From contig CAWHFW010000004.1 of the NCBI GenBank assembly GCA_963828735.1, forward strand, positions 32,001 through 96,000: DNA of 64,000 bases. The letters run 5' to 3'. The DNA is from an uncultured Gemmatimonadales bacterium. Its GTDB lineage: Bacteria > Gemmatimonadota > Gemmatimonadetes > Gemmatimonadales > GWC2-71-9. Shown one piece after another: positions 36,023-45,679 of this stretch. A program made the position numbers and the translations under genes. How positions within the stretch are numbered: position 1 is the stretch's first letter; the number at the start of each line of letters is the position of its first letter. The notes below the pieces were generated by a model. The model made no database searches, was not told the origin of the DNA, and was given only the letters and a program-made list of their open reading frames with translations.

Positions 36023-36565
36023 ATGCCCACGCACGTCGCGCTGCTCCGCGCGGTCAACCTCGGTCCGCACAACAAGGTCGGCATGGCCGATCTCCGCGGG
36101 CTGGCCGAGGCGCTGGGGTTCGCCGACGCACGGACACTGCTCCAGAGCGGCAACCTCGTGTTCCGGAACGCCCGGCCCACGGGGGCCGCCCTCGAGGCCA
36201 GACTCGAGCGCGAGGCCGCGAAGCGACTCGGCGTCGATACTCCCTTCTTCGTTCGCACGGCGGCGGAGTGGCAGGCGATCGTCGCGGCGAACCCCTTCCG
36301 CGAGGAGGCGCGCCGCGATCCGGGCCATCTCCTGCTGCTCTGCCTCAAGGCGGAGCCTCCCGCGGGTGCGCTCGACCGTCTCCGGGAGGCCATCCGCGGC
36401 CGGGAGGTAGTGCACACCGACGGCCGGCAGGCATACGTGGTCTATCCCGACGGCGTCGGTACCTCCAAGCTCACGATCGCGCTCCTCGAGCGGAAACTGG
36501 GCACCGCCGGCACCGGCCGGAACTGGAACACCGTGCTCAAGCTGGCCGCGCTGGTGGGGACCTGA
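36023..36565 (+). CDS. DUF1697 family protein
   Basis: VALLRAVN, LQSGNLVF and TGRNWNTV motifs. Confidence 0.9.
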   Translation: MPTHVALLRAVNLGPHNKVGMADLRGLAEALGFADARTLLQSGNLVFRNARPTGAALEARLEREAAKRLGVDTPFFVRTAAEWQAIVAANPFREEARRDPGHLLLLCLKAEPPAGALDRLREAIRGREVVHTDGRQAYVVYPDGVGTSKLTIALLERKLGTAGTGRNWNTVLKLAALVGT

Positions 36566-36568
36566 CGC

Positions 36569-37195
36569 ATGGCGGACGAGCTGGGCCGCTTCGCCCTGGT
36601 GACCTTCACCTCGATCTTCTTCATCGTGGACCCGATCGCGGCGATTCCCACCTACCTCGTCATCACCCAGCAGGAGACCCCGGCCGAACGGAAGCGCACG
36701 GCGCGCCGCGCGTGCATCGCGATGACGGCGATGCTCGTCGCATTCGGCGCGACCGGGACGATGCTCTTCCGGGCGTTCGGCATCACCTTGCCGGCGTTTC
36801 GCACGGCCGGAGGCCTGATTCTCTGGTTCGTCGCCATGGACATGCTGCAGGGGGAACGGCGGACGCAGGAGGGGCGCGACGAAGTGTACGAAGGCCAGAT
36901 CAAGGAGGACGTGGCCCTCACGCCACTCGCGATCCCGATGCTGGCCGGTCCCGGCGCCATCTCCACCGCCATCGTGATCGCAGGCCAGGCGCGCGGCGTG
37001 GGACAGAACGCCGTGGTGTACGCATCCATCGTGGCGACCGGACTGCTCTCCTACGTCTCCCTCCGGCTGGGCGAGCCGTTGCTCGGCCGGCTCGGCAAGA
37101 CGGGCATCCGCGTCCTCACTCGGATCATGGGTCTCATCCTGGCGGCCGTGGCCGTGCAGTTCGTGTTCAGCGGTGTCCGGGAGGCGTTCCGCTGA
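36569..37195 (+). CDS. MarC family membrane protein
   Basis: VDP, FGITLPAFRTAGG, PLAIPMLAGPGAI and TRIMGLIL motifs. Confidence 0.92.
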   Translation: MADELGRFALVTFTSIFFIVDPIAAIPTYLVITQQETPAERKRTARRACIAMTAMLVAFGATGTMLFRAFGITLPAFRTAGGLILWFVAMDMLQGERRTQEGRDEVYEGQIKEDVALTPLAIPMLAGPGAISTAIVIAGQARGVGQNAVVYASIVATGLLSYVSLRLGEPLLGRLGKTGIRVLTRIMGLILAAVAVQFVFSGVREAFR

Positions 37196-37303
37196 TGACG
37201 CGGGCCGCCCCGTGGATCCGCGAGCATGTTGATCACCCGTGCGTCCATCGCACCCGCGACGAGCGCAGGTGCGAACGGAAGTGGCAGGTGAAGGGAATCA
37301 TCG

Positions 37304-37723
37304 ATGGCGAATGACGACGTGCCCTTCGTCTCCCGCCGACTCTTGCTGCTCCCCGGCAAGCAGGCGGTGACGCTCGAGGTTCTGAGACCCGGCGAGAGGC
37401 GCGCCGGCGAGTGGACCTGCGTCTACCGGATCCGCGGCCTCGGACGCGTGCGCGCGGGTCGCGTCGTGGGCGATGACGGCCTGCAGGCCCTGCAGCTCGC
37501 GCTGGCCGCCCTCCGGCGGGAGCTGGAGCCGTTCGCCGCGCGGCTCACGTGGACCGGGGAGCCGGGCGAGCTGGGTCTCCCCGAGTTCGTGCCAGACTAT
37601 TTCGGAGCCGAGTTCCGGCGTCGGCTGGAGAGCGTGGTGCGCCGGGAATCCGAGGCGGAAGCGAGCCGGCTCCGGGAGGCGGCGGTCGGTAAGGGCCGCG
37701 CGAGCTCGCCGGGGCGGCTATGA
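37304..37723 (+). CDS. DUF6968-like hypothetical protein
   Basis: WTCVYRIRGL..GDDGLQALQLA..LTW. Confidence 0.65.
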   Translation: MANDDVPFVSRRLLLLPGKQAVTLEVLRPGERRAGEWTCVYRIRGLGRVRAGRVVGDDGLQALQLALAALRRELEPFAARLTWTGEPGELGLPEFVPDYFGAEFRRRLESVVRRESEAEASRLREAAVGKGRASSPGRL

Positions 37724-37789
37724 TGCAGACATGCCCGTATGGACTGGAGGCACCGGCGCCCGTGGGGTAAGAACGACGAGCGATCTCCC

Positions 37790-38371
37790 GTGACCGAGCC
37801 CGGCCGAACGCTCCTCTGGCGCCGCCTGGACCAGCCTGGCCACGATGCCGCACGGCTGGTGTACCACGAGCCCTTCTGGCAGCTCGGTGGGATGGCGGTG
37901 TTCATGCACCAGGGGCAGGCCTGCCGCCTGGAGTACGCCGTGGTGTGCGACGCCGCCTGGCTCACCCGCCACGCCTGGATCGCCGGCTGGGTGGGACAAC
38001 GGCGCGTCCGGCTCGACGTGCTGGTCACGGCGGATCGCCACTGGCACATCGACGGCCAGGGGTGCGCCGAAGTGGAGGGCTGCATGGACGTGGACCTCGG
38101 GTTTACTCCGTCCACCAATCTGCTCCCCATTCGGCGCCTGGCACTGGCGCCCGGCCAGGAGGCGGCGGCACGCGCCGCCTGGCTCTCGTTCCCAGGCTTC
38201 ACGCTCGAGCCGCTCGAGCAGGTCTATCGCCGCCTCGCGCCGACGACGTATCGCTACGAGGCGGACGGGGGGGCGTTCACCGCCGACCTCGAAGTGGACG
38301 AGGACGGGTTCGTCCGGCGCTACGCGGATGCATGGGAGCTCGTGGAGGAATCGGTGGTCCGGCACAGCTGA
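37790..38371 (+). CDS. Putative glycolipid-binding domain protein
   Basis: DVDLGFTPSTNLLPIRRL, LEQVYRR and VDEDGFV motifs. Confidence 0.85.
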   Translation: MTEPGRTLLWRRLDQPGHDAARLVYHEPFWQLGGMAVFMHQGQACRLEYAVVCDAAWLTRHAWIAGWVGQRRVRLDVLVTADRHWHIDGQGCAEVEGCMDVDLGFTPSTNLLPIRRLALAPGQEAAARAAWLSFPGFTLEPLEQVYRRLAPTTYRYEADGGAFTADLEVDEDGFVRRYADAWELVEESVVRHS

Positions 38372-38471
38372 TCCCGAGGCCGCACATGAACCGGGGATGG
38401 AGGCCGTCGAGGAGCACTCGCCAGGTCGGTCCGGTCGCCGACCTCGAGCGCATCCGGGCGCGTTGGCGGCG

Positions 38472-38798
38472 ATGATCGCCAGGATCTGGCACGGGGTCAC
38501 GCGCGCCTCCGACTTTGACGCGTACTGGCGGCTCCTGCAGGAGCTGGCGATTCCGGACTACCGGCGTACGCCGGGCAATCGTGGCGTCCGACTGTTCCGC
38601 CGGCTGGATGGCGACCGCGCGCACTTTCTCACCCTGAGCTACTGGACCTCGCTCGACGCGATCCGTGCTTTCGCGGGCGACGACATCGAGATCGCCAAGT
38701 ACTATCCCGAGGATCGCGACTTCCTGCTCGAGTTCGAGCCCACCGTGCAGCACTTCGAGGTGATCGGACCCGAGGTCTCTCCGCTGGAGTCGTCCTGA
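38472..38798 (+). CDS. ABM family protein
   Basis: MIARIWHG..PGNRG..FAGDDIEIAKYYPED. Confidence 0.88.
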   Translation: MIARIWHGVTRASDFDAYWRLLQELAIPDYRRTPGNRGVRLFRRLDGDRAHFLTLSYWTSLDAIRAFAGDDIEIAKYYPEDRDFLLEFEPTVQHFEVIGPEVSPLESS

Positions 38799-39230
38799 GC
38801 CTCAGGACGCTCCGCCTGGCCTCGGTGCTCGCGAGCGCCGCCTGCGCGCCGCACCCGGCGGCCACGCCTGCCCCTACGTCCGCGATCGCCTGCGCCTCTG
38901 GCGACACTGCCCTGGTGCGCGACGTCGTGTACTTCGGCCGCAACCGGCCCGACGGCGGCACCGTGAGCGACGCGGAGTGGCAGGGATTTCTGGACGAGGT
39001 GGTCACGCCCAGCCTTCCCCAACGGGTTCACCCTCGTCGAGGCGACGGGGCAGTGGAAGGCACAGAGCGGCATGGTCGAGCGCGAGCGATCGGAGATCGT
39101 GACGGTCCTGCATACGGGGAGCGAGGCGGATCGCCTGGCGGTCGCGGCGGTGGCCGGCGAGTACAAGCGGCGGTTCCGGCAGGAGGCCGTGCTGCGCGAG
39201 CGCACCACGACCTGCGCCCACTTCGAGTGA
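38795..39230 (+). pseudogene. DUF3574 lipoprotein interrupted by a +1 frameshift near 39014
   Basis: Frame 0 gives LASAAC..YFGRNRPDG..W..FLDEVVTP; the +1 frame continues FPNGFT..GQW..ERS..YKRRFRQEAVL to TGA 39228-39230. Confidence 0.8.
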
Positions 39231-39751
39231 GCGGGCACCGGATGCCGGAGCCCGTGACCGGCGCCGTCCGGGTCCGGATCGCGACGCCTGCCGATGCTCC
39301 GATCATCGCCGGCCACCGGGCGCGGATGTTCCGCGACATGGGCCAGCTTCCGCCCGACACGTACGGGCTGCTCTACGACGCCTCCGAGGCCCGGCTCCGG
39401 GACGCGCTCACGCGCGGCGAGTACGTCGGCTGGCTCGCGCTGCCGCCCGACGATGACACCGTGGTCGGCGGGGTGGGGGCGCAGCGCCGCCTCGTGCTCC
39501 CGCATCCGGTGCGGCGTCCCGACGGCGCCATCGGCGTCGGGGAGGGGCGCCACGCGATCGTGCTCAACGTCTTCACCGAGCCGGCGTGGCGCCGGCGGGG
39601 CGTGGCGGAGGTCCTCATGCGTCACGTGCTCCGCTGGGCCGAGGCGGAGCGGCTCGATCGCCTGGTGCTGCACGCCTCTGACGAGGGGCGCCCACTGTAC
39701 GCTCGCCTCGGATTCGTCGCGACCAACGAGATGCGGTACCAGGCGCCATGA
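39227..39751 (+). CDS. GNAT N-acetyltransferase
   Basis: LNVFTEPAWRRRGVA and LHASDEGRPLYARLGF motifs; start GTG 39227 or ATG 39242. Confidence 0.88.
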   Translation: MSGHRMPEPVTGAVRVRIATPADAPIIAGHRARMFRDMGQLPPDTYGLLYDASEARLRDALTRGEYVGWLALPPDDDTVVGGVGAQRRLVLPHPVRRPDGAIGVGEGRHAIVLNVFTEPAWRRRGVAEVLMRHVLRWAEAERLDRLVLHASDEGRPLYARLGFVATNEMRYQAP

Positions 39752-40626
39752 CCGACGGCGAGGCCGCGGAGGTCCTGCTCGCCACCTGCGCGGATCTCCC
39801 GACGCTCACCGCCGATGACGAGGCTCTGCGTGCCAGCCTCGAGGCGCGCGGGGCCCGCGTCCGGGCGCTCCCCTGGCACGCCATCGACCCCGAGGATTCC
39901 TCGGCGATCGTCTGCCTGCGCTCCACCTGGGACTATCACCGGCGGTGGCCCGAGTTCCGCGGTTGGATCGAGGGATTCGCGCGAGCCGCCGGACGATTGT
40001 GGAATCCTCCGTCCACCGTTCTGTGGAATGCCGACAAGCGCTACCTGGGCGAGCTCGCCGAGGGTGGCATCGCGCTCCCGGTCACGCGCTGGTACGAGCC
40101 GGGCACCCGGCCGGATGTCGACGCGTTCTTTCGCGAGACCGGCGTTGCCCAGGCAGTGCTCAAGCCGCGCGTTTCGGCGACGGCGTTCGGCACTCACCTG
40201 CTCACCCCCGGGAGCGATCGCCGCGATCTTGACTGGCCCGCGCTCGACCGGGCCGGCGCGGTGCTGCAGGCGTTCGTGCCCGAGATCGCGGCGGGCGAGG
40301 TGTCGCTCGTCTTCGTGGACGGGAGCTACACTCACGCGGTCCACAAGCAGCCGGCGCCGGGCGAGTTCCGGGTGCAGAGAGACTTTGGTGGTCGCATCGC
40401 GACGATGGCACCCTCGCCGCCGCTTCGGACGTTCGCGGAGCGCGTGCTCCAGACCGCGGCGCGGCCCTGGATCTATGCGCGGGTGGACCTCGTAGAGACG
40501 CGAGCGGGTCCGATCCTCATGGAGCTCGAGCTGATCGAGCCGGACCTGTTTCTCGCGAGAGCGCCCGACGCGGCTGACCGGCTGGCCGACGCGCTTCTCC
40601 GCCGCTCTTCGAGGGCTGCGGCCTGA
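39748..40626 (+). CDS. ATP-grasp protein (RimK/glutathione synthetase-like)
   Basis: RSTWDY, WNADKRYL, LKP, FRVQ, YARVD and MELELIEP motifs. Confidence 0.85.
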   Translation: MTDGEAAEVLLATCADLPTLTADDEALRASLEARGARVRALPWHAIDPEDSSAIVCLRSTWDYHRRWPEFRGWIEGFARAAGRLWNPPSTVLWNADKRYLGELAEGGIALPVTRWYEPGTRPDVDAFFRETGVAQAVLKPRVSATAFGTHLLTPGSDRRDLDWPALDRAGAVLQAFVPEIAAGEVSLVFVDGSYTHAVHKQPAPGEFRVQRDFGGRIATMAPSPPLRTFAERVLQTAARPWIYARVDLVETRAGPILMELELIEPDLFLARAPDAADRLADALLRRSSRAAA

Positions 40627-40686
40627 GCCCCTCTCCGGATACCTTGAGGGACGGTCCGCGTGTGCCACCCGAGTCCGGAGATTCCG

Positions 40687-41274
40687 ATGTTGCACCAGTC
40701 CGAGCCCGAGAGCCTGCCGGCTCCCGCCTACGATCCCGTCACCGAGCGCCTGCTGCGCGCCCGCACGATCATCATCAGCGGAGAAATCACGCAACGACTG
40801 GCCGCGACGGTTTCCGGCCAGCTCCTCGCCCTCGCCGCCGAATCCGACGCCGGCATCACGCTGTTCATCAACTCGCAGGGCGGCCACGTCGAGGCCGGCG
40901 ACACCTTACACGATCTCGTGCGGTTCGTGCGGTCCCCGGTGCGCATGATCGGCACGGGCTGGGTCGCGAGCGCGGGCGCGCTGGTGTACGTCGCCGCGCC
41001 GAAAGAGCGGCGGTTCTGCCTGCCCAACACGCGGTTCCTGCTCCATCAGCCTGCGGGGGGTGCCGGAGGCACGGCGAGCGATATCGACATCGAGGCGCGG
41101 GAGATCCTGCGCATGCGCGACCGGCTCAACCGCATCTTCGCGCGGGAGACGGGACAGCCTCTCGAGCGGATCGAGGAGGACACCCATCGGAACTTCTGGC
41201 TGGGCGCCGAGGCGGCCCTCCGATACGGCCTGGTGGGCCGGGTCATCGAGCGGGCCACCGACCTGGAAGCTTGA
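40687..41274 (+). CDS. clpP: ATP-dependent Clp protease proteolytic subunit (Asn-triad variant)
   Basis: FINSQGG, GWVASAG, LLHQP and HRNFWL motifs. Confidence 0.92.
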   Translation: MLHQSEPESLPAPAYDPVTERLLRARTIIISGEITQRLAATVSGQLLALAAESDAGITLFINSQGGHVEAGDTLHDLVRFVRSPVRMIGTGWVASAGALVYVAAPKERRFCLPNTRFLLHQPAGGAGGTASDIDIEAREILRMRDRLNRIFARETGQPLERIEEDTHRNFWLGAEAALRYGLVGRVIERATDLEA

Positions 41275-41750
41275 CCGTGCCGGATATCCTCGTTTCGGCG
41301 TCCTCCATCGTGCCGGCGCCGGCGCCCATCGTGTACGGCATCATCGCCGATTACCACGAGGGCCACCCCGCCATCCTGCCGCGGCGGTATTTCGAAAGCC
41401 TCGAGGTCGAGACCGGTGGCCTCGGCGCCGGTACCCGCATCCGCTTCCGGATGCGCGCCTTCGGCGCGGTACGGAGCGTCCGGGCCGACGTCACCGAGCC
41501 GGTCCCGGGCCGCGAGCTGGTCGAGACCGACGTCGCGACGGGGATGGCCACCCGGTTTCTGGTCGAGCCGGTGAACGACGGGCGCGCGTCGCGCGTCACG
41601 TTCGAGACCCGCTGGCGCAAGCCCGGCCTCACGGGGTGGGTGGAACGCTGCCTCGCGCCGCCGTACCTGCGAGGCGTCTATCGCGCGGAGCTCGCGCTGC
41701 TCGACCAGGAGGCCCGGTCGCGCGTGCCGCATTCCGGACCCGGACGCTGA
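41271..41750 (+). CDS. SRPBCC family protein
   Basis: IADY..HP.ILP, GGLGAGT and VTEPVPGRELVE patterns. Confidence 0.8.
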   Translation: MTVPDILVSASSIVPAPAPIVYGIIADYHEGHPAILPRRYFESLEVETGGLGAGTRIRFRMRAFGAVRSVRADVTEPVPGRELVETDVATGMATRFLVEPVNDGRASRVTFETRWRKPGLTGWVERCLAPPYLRGVYRAELALLDQEARSRVPHSGPGR

Positions 41751-41787
41751 TTACGCCGAGGAACGATCATACGCGGGAGGTGCGTCG

Positions 41788-42246
41788 ATGCTCCGACTCC
41801 TGACCATCCTGACCCTCGGTGCCACGACCGCGCTCGCCGCGCAGACGGCCGCGCCGGCCGCGAGCGACGCCCGCCGAGCCATCGACGCCGGCAACGCGCA
41901 GTACCGTGCCGCCTTCCTTGCCGGTGACGCCGACGCGCTCGCCCAGGTGTACGATGCCGAAGGGTCGCGGCTCAACGAGGGTGGCGCCGTGCTGCGGGGA
42001 CGCGCGGCGATCGCCGCCGACGTACGCGCCTTCATCCAGAAGGTCGGGCCGGTCCGGGTCGAGATTGGCACGGTCGAGGTCTGGCTGGTCGACGACACGG
42101 CCTACGAGACGGGCACCTGGTCCTACACCTTCCAGCCGAAAGGTCAGAAGGAGCAACGCATCGGCGGACGGTACGTGACCCTCTGGAAGCACCAGGCCGA
42201 CGGCGGCTGGAAGATCTGGGCCGACATCGGCGTGCCGGGCACCTGA
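41788..42246 (+). CDS. Secreted NTF2-like (DUF4440) protein
   Basis: Signal peptide; GDADALAQVY, GRAAI and GRYVTLWKHQADGGWKI. Confidence 0.85.
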   Translation: MLRLLTILTLGATTALAAQTAAPAASDARRAIDAGNAQYRAAFLAGDADALAQVYDAEGSRLNEGGAVLRGRAAIAADVRAFIQKVGPVRVEIGTVEVWLVDDTAYETGTWSYTFQPKGQKEQRIGGRYVTLWKHQADGGWKIWADIGVPGT

Positions 42247-42256
42247 GCCGCGCGTC

Positions 42257-42724
42257 GTGCCCAGGCCCACGAAAACGACCGTGGCGACCATCGGCTACCA
42301 GGCCGCAACGGTCGAGTCGTTTCTCCGCGCGCTGGCGGACGCCAAGGTCCGACTGCTGGTGGACGTCCGCGCCGTCGCGAGCTCCCGCCGACCAGGCTTC
42401 AGCAAGTCTCGTCTGGCCGGCAACCTGGCCGACGTTGGCATCGGCTACGTCCACCTCCGTGGCTTGGGAACCCCCGCGGCGGGCCGGGCGGCGGCAAGGG
42501 CCGGCCGCCACGCGAGCATGCGGGCGATCTTCCGTCAGCATCTTCGAACCCTCGCCGCCCAGGCCGAGCTCGCGGAGCTCCGCGACCTCGTGACCGGCGG
42601 CCCGCGTGTCTGTCTCCTGTGTTTCGAAGCCGATCCCCAGCATTGCCATCGCACGCTCGTCGCGGCCGCCCTGGCCGAGCGGCTGCCGATCGAGGTCCTC
42701 CACCTCCGGCCGGCGGATGACTAG
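42257..42724 (+). CDS. DUF488 family protein
   Basis: TIGY, VDVR, SRRPGFSK and LLCFE..CHR motifs. Confidence 0.9.
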   Translation: MPRPTKTTVATIGYQAATVESFLRALADAKVRLLVDVRAVASSRRPGFSKSRLAGNLADVGIGYVHLRGLGTPAAGRAAARAGRHASMRAIFRQHLRTLAAQAELAELRDLVTGGPRVCLLCFEADPQHCHRTLVAAALAERLPIEVLHLRPADD

Positions 42725-42869
42725 CGTCGGCCGCCCTGGCGGGCCCTGACGCGCGCGCTACTTTCGAAGCTGCTCATGCCCGCCTGATCGCCACCCGAAC
42801 CACCCGAGGTGCCCGTGGCCCCCATGAGCCGTCTCATCGATCCCGTTACGGCCGGCGCGGGAGCGTGAG

Positions 42870-43271
42870 TTGAGATCGCTCGCGATCGCGTTCGCGCTCC
42901 TTGGCCTCCTCCTCGCCGTGCTGGCCGTGAACGAGTGGGGCGAGTCGTCCGAAGAGCCCGACACCGCAGAGCCGCCAAAGAGACCCGTTGTCGGCGGCCT
43001 CATCCTGTTCCTCGTGTGTGCCTTGTCCGTGGCTGTCCTGTGGCTGGGCGCGACCGACCTGGGCTGGCCGCACGAGCGCACGCTCTGGGTCGGTACGGGG
43101 ACCTTCCTGGCGGTGATGACCTTGGCCCGTCCCTGGTGGTTCTGGGAGGACTATCGCGCGCGCCGCCTTCGCGATCTCATCGGCGACGAACCGACCGCGG
43201 GTCTGTACCTTGTCATCGCCACGGTGCTGATCTGGGTGGGGCTATTCACCGAGTGGGCATTCGGGGGGTAG
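42870..43271 (+). CDS. Hypothetical membrane protein
   Basis: Four hydrophobic segments; PWWFW. Confidence 0.6.
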   Translation: MRSLAIAFALLGLLLAVLAVNEWGESSEEPDTAEPPKRPVVGGLILFLVCALSVAVLWLGATDLGWPHERTLWVGTGTFLAVMTLARPWWFWEDYRARRLRDLIGDEPTAGLYLVIATVLIWVGLFTEWAFGG

Positions 43272-43386
43272 ATGCTGGAGCGGTCCGCCCCGACCCGGCC
43301 GTCGAGCCGCACCGTATCCGCTTCGTGAACCGCCCCGCGATTCGCGGCGCCCGCGGCTGACGCGGATCCCATTCCCCGAGAGTCGC

Positions 43387-45120
43387 ATGGCCCTTCGCCG
43401 CTGCATCCTGCTCGCTTGCGTCGCATTGACCCCGGTCGGTCGCGCCGTCGGACAATCGGCCGCTTGGCCGCTCCACGGCCACGACCTGGGTGGGCAGCGC
43501 TACTCGCCGCTCGCCTCGATCGACACCGCCACCGTGGCGCGGCTTGCACCCAGGTGGACCTACCATAGCGGGGTGACGGCCACCTTCCAGGCGACGCCGA
43601 TCGTGGTGGGCGGCGTGATGTACGTGTCGCTCCCCATGAGCGGCGTGGTGGCGCTCGACGCCGCCACCGGGCACGAGCGCTGGCGCTACACCCACAAGTC
43701 ACGCACCGACAAGCTGTGCTGCGGGCCGGCCAACCGCGGAGTCGCCGTCTCGGGCGGACGCGTGTACGTCGGCACGGTGGACGGCCGGCTCGTGGCGCTC
43801 GACGCGAGGACGGGGGCAGTGGCCTGGGACGTGACGGTCGCCGAGTATCAGGGTACGACCGAGGTGGTGACCCAGCTCGGCGCCGACGACCCGCTGTCTC
43901 GCGTGAGCGCAAACGGCTCGACCGGCGTAGGGATCAGCGCAGCGCCCCTCGTGTACGATGGCAAGGTGTTCGTCGGGATCGCCGGCGTAGGCTACGGACT
44001 CCATCCCGATCAGGGACTCGCCGTGGTCGGCGTGACGGGGCAGTACGGCCGGCCCGGCATGATGGCGGCGTTCGACGTGCGGACCGGCCGGGTCGTGTGG
44101 CGATGGAACGTCACGGGTCCCGGCTGGGAGGGCGCCTTTCGCACCTCCACGCCGGACGGCGAGCCGCTGCCGCGGGACGTTGCGGCGGAGCGCGCGACCT
44201 CCCCCGCGCGGGCCGACGCCTGGCGCTATGGCGGCGGCTCCATCTACGCTACGCCGGTGGTGGATGCCGGCCGGCATCTTCTGATCTTCGGCACCGGCAA
44301 TCCATCCCCGCAGATGACCGACGGGTCACGCCCCGGCGACAACCTGTACACCTCCTCGCTCGTCGCCCTCGACGTCCGGACCGGCAAGCTGGTCTGGTAC
44401 TACCAGCAGGTGCCGCACGACCGATGGGGCTATGACGTCGCCAGCGCCCCGGTGCTTCTCGACGTGACGCACGGCGGCAAGGTGGTGCCCGCGGTCGCTC
44501 AGGCCAGCAAGACCGGCTGGGTATTCGTGCACGACCGGCGGGATGGGCATCTGCTTTTCCGCTCCCAGCCGTTCGTGCCGCAGCGCAACCTGTTCACGGC
44601 TCCGGCGCCGGGCGATGGCGTCGTCATCGCGCCGGGCATTGCGGGCGGCGCCAATTGGTCGCCCTCGGCGTACGATCCCGTTCGCCATCTGTTCTTCGTC
44701 GGTGCGCTTCACCTGCCGACGCGGTACATCGCCCACGAGGCTCGGCGAGCGGACGGGAGCGTCCTCGATTACGCCAGCACGCAGAGCACCGATGAGGCCT
44801 GGGGTACGCTCACGGCGCTCGACCTGGGTGCGGTCGGGCGAGAGCGCTGGCAAGTTCGCACCGAGGAGCCCCTGGTCGGCGGCGTGCTCGCCACGGCTGG
44901 CGGGCTCGTCTTCTCGGGCGCCGGCAAGGGCAGGTTCGCCGCCTTCGACGCCGCGAGCGGACGCGAGCTCTGGACCTATCACTGCGACGCCGGAGTGAAT
45001 GCGCCCCCCGTGACCTACGAGATCGGGACGCGGCAGTACGTCGCCGTCGCCGTCGGTGGCAACGCCCTCTTCGGGTTCACCCAGGGCGACATGGTGATGG
45101 CCTTCGCGCTCCCGGAGTGA
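43387..45120 (+). CDS. PQQ-binding beta-propeller dehydrogenase-like protein, atypical active site
   Basis: Signal peptide; RYSPL..I, QATP, CCG..NRG, Trp-docking repeats, GTGNP and QYVAV motifs. Confidence 0.88.
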   Translation: MALRRCILLACVALTPVGRAVGQSAAWPLHGHDLGGQRYSPLASIDTATVARLAPRWTYHSGVTATFQATPIVVGGVMYVSLPMSGVVALDAATGHERWRYTHKSRTDKLCCGPANRGVAVSGGRVYVGTVDGRLVALDARTGAVAWDVTVAEYQGTTEVVTQLGADDPLSRVSANGSTGVGISAAPLVYDGKVFVGIAGVGYGLHPDQGLAVVGVTGQYGRPGMMAAFDVRTGRVVWRWNVTGPGWEGAFRTSTPDGEPLPRDVAAERATSPARADAWRYGGGSIYATPVVDAGRHLLIFGTGNPSPQMTDGSRPGDNLYTSSLVALDVRTGKLVWYYQQVPHDRWGYDVASAPVLLDVTHGGKVVPAVAQASKTGWVFVHDRRDGHLLFRSQPFVPQRNLFTAPAPGDGVVIAPGIAGGANWSPSAYDPVRHLFFVGALHLPTRYIAHEARRADGSVLDYASTQSTDEAWGTLTALDLGAVGRERWQVRTEEPLVGGVLATAGGLVFSGAGKGRFAAFDAASGRELWTYHCDAGVNAPPVTYEIGTRQYVAVAVGGNALFGFTQGDMVMAFALPE

Positions 45121-45253
45121 CACGAGGCCTCAGTCCTGCTGGCCGGCTGGCGCGCGTCGCGACGTGAATGTGACGACGCGAATGGCGGACATCCGTGCGC
45201 TCGACGGTTACTTTCGAGAAGCCGGCGGCCAGGGGAGTTGAACGGAGGCGAGC

Positions 45254-45679
45254 ATGACGACTACCACGAGCGATGTGAGCGGCCAACCGAAGGGCTTCAC
45301 CCGCCCGGATCGCATCGGACAGGTCGCGATTCCCGTCGCCGACGTGGATCGCGCCGTCGCGTGGTACGCCGACGTGCTCGGCTTGCGCCTGCTTTTCCGC
45401 GCTCCCCCCGGACTGGCCTTCTTCGACTGCGGTGGCCTCAGGGTGATGTTGAGCCGTCCGGAAGGCGATGGCGCGCCTGTGAGCACCGGCGTCCTCTACT
45501 ACGTCGTCGCCGATATCGCATCCGCCCATGCGACCCTGGCCGCGCGCGGCGCGACCTTCGTCGACGCGCCGCACCTCGTCGCCCGCCTCCCGGACCACGA
45601 TCTCTGGATGGCGTTCTGCCACGATTCCGAGGGGAACATGCTCGCTCTGATGAGCGAGATCCGCCCGCCCGCCTCATGA
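45254..45679 (+). CDS. VOC/glyoxalase family protein
   Basis: IGQVAIPV, YADVLGL, AFFDCGG and DSEGN motifs. Confidence 0.9.
   Translation: MTTTTSDVSGQPKGFTRPDRIGQVAIPVADVDRAVAWYADVLGLRLLFRAPPGLAFFDCGGLRVMLSRPEGDGAPVSTGVLYYVVADIASAHATLAARGATFVDAPHLVARLPDHDLWMAFCHDSEGNMLALMSEIRPPAS

Noticed and set aside
38825..39751. A single 308-aa DUF3574-GNAT protein as the annotated product
   Set aside because: The middle of the ORF is an off-frame reading; the rest of DUF3574 is in the +1 frame.
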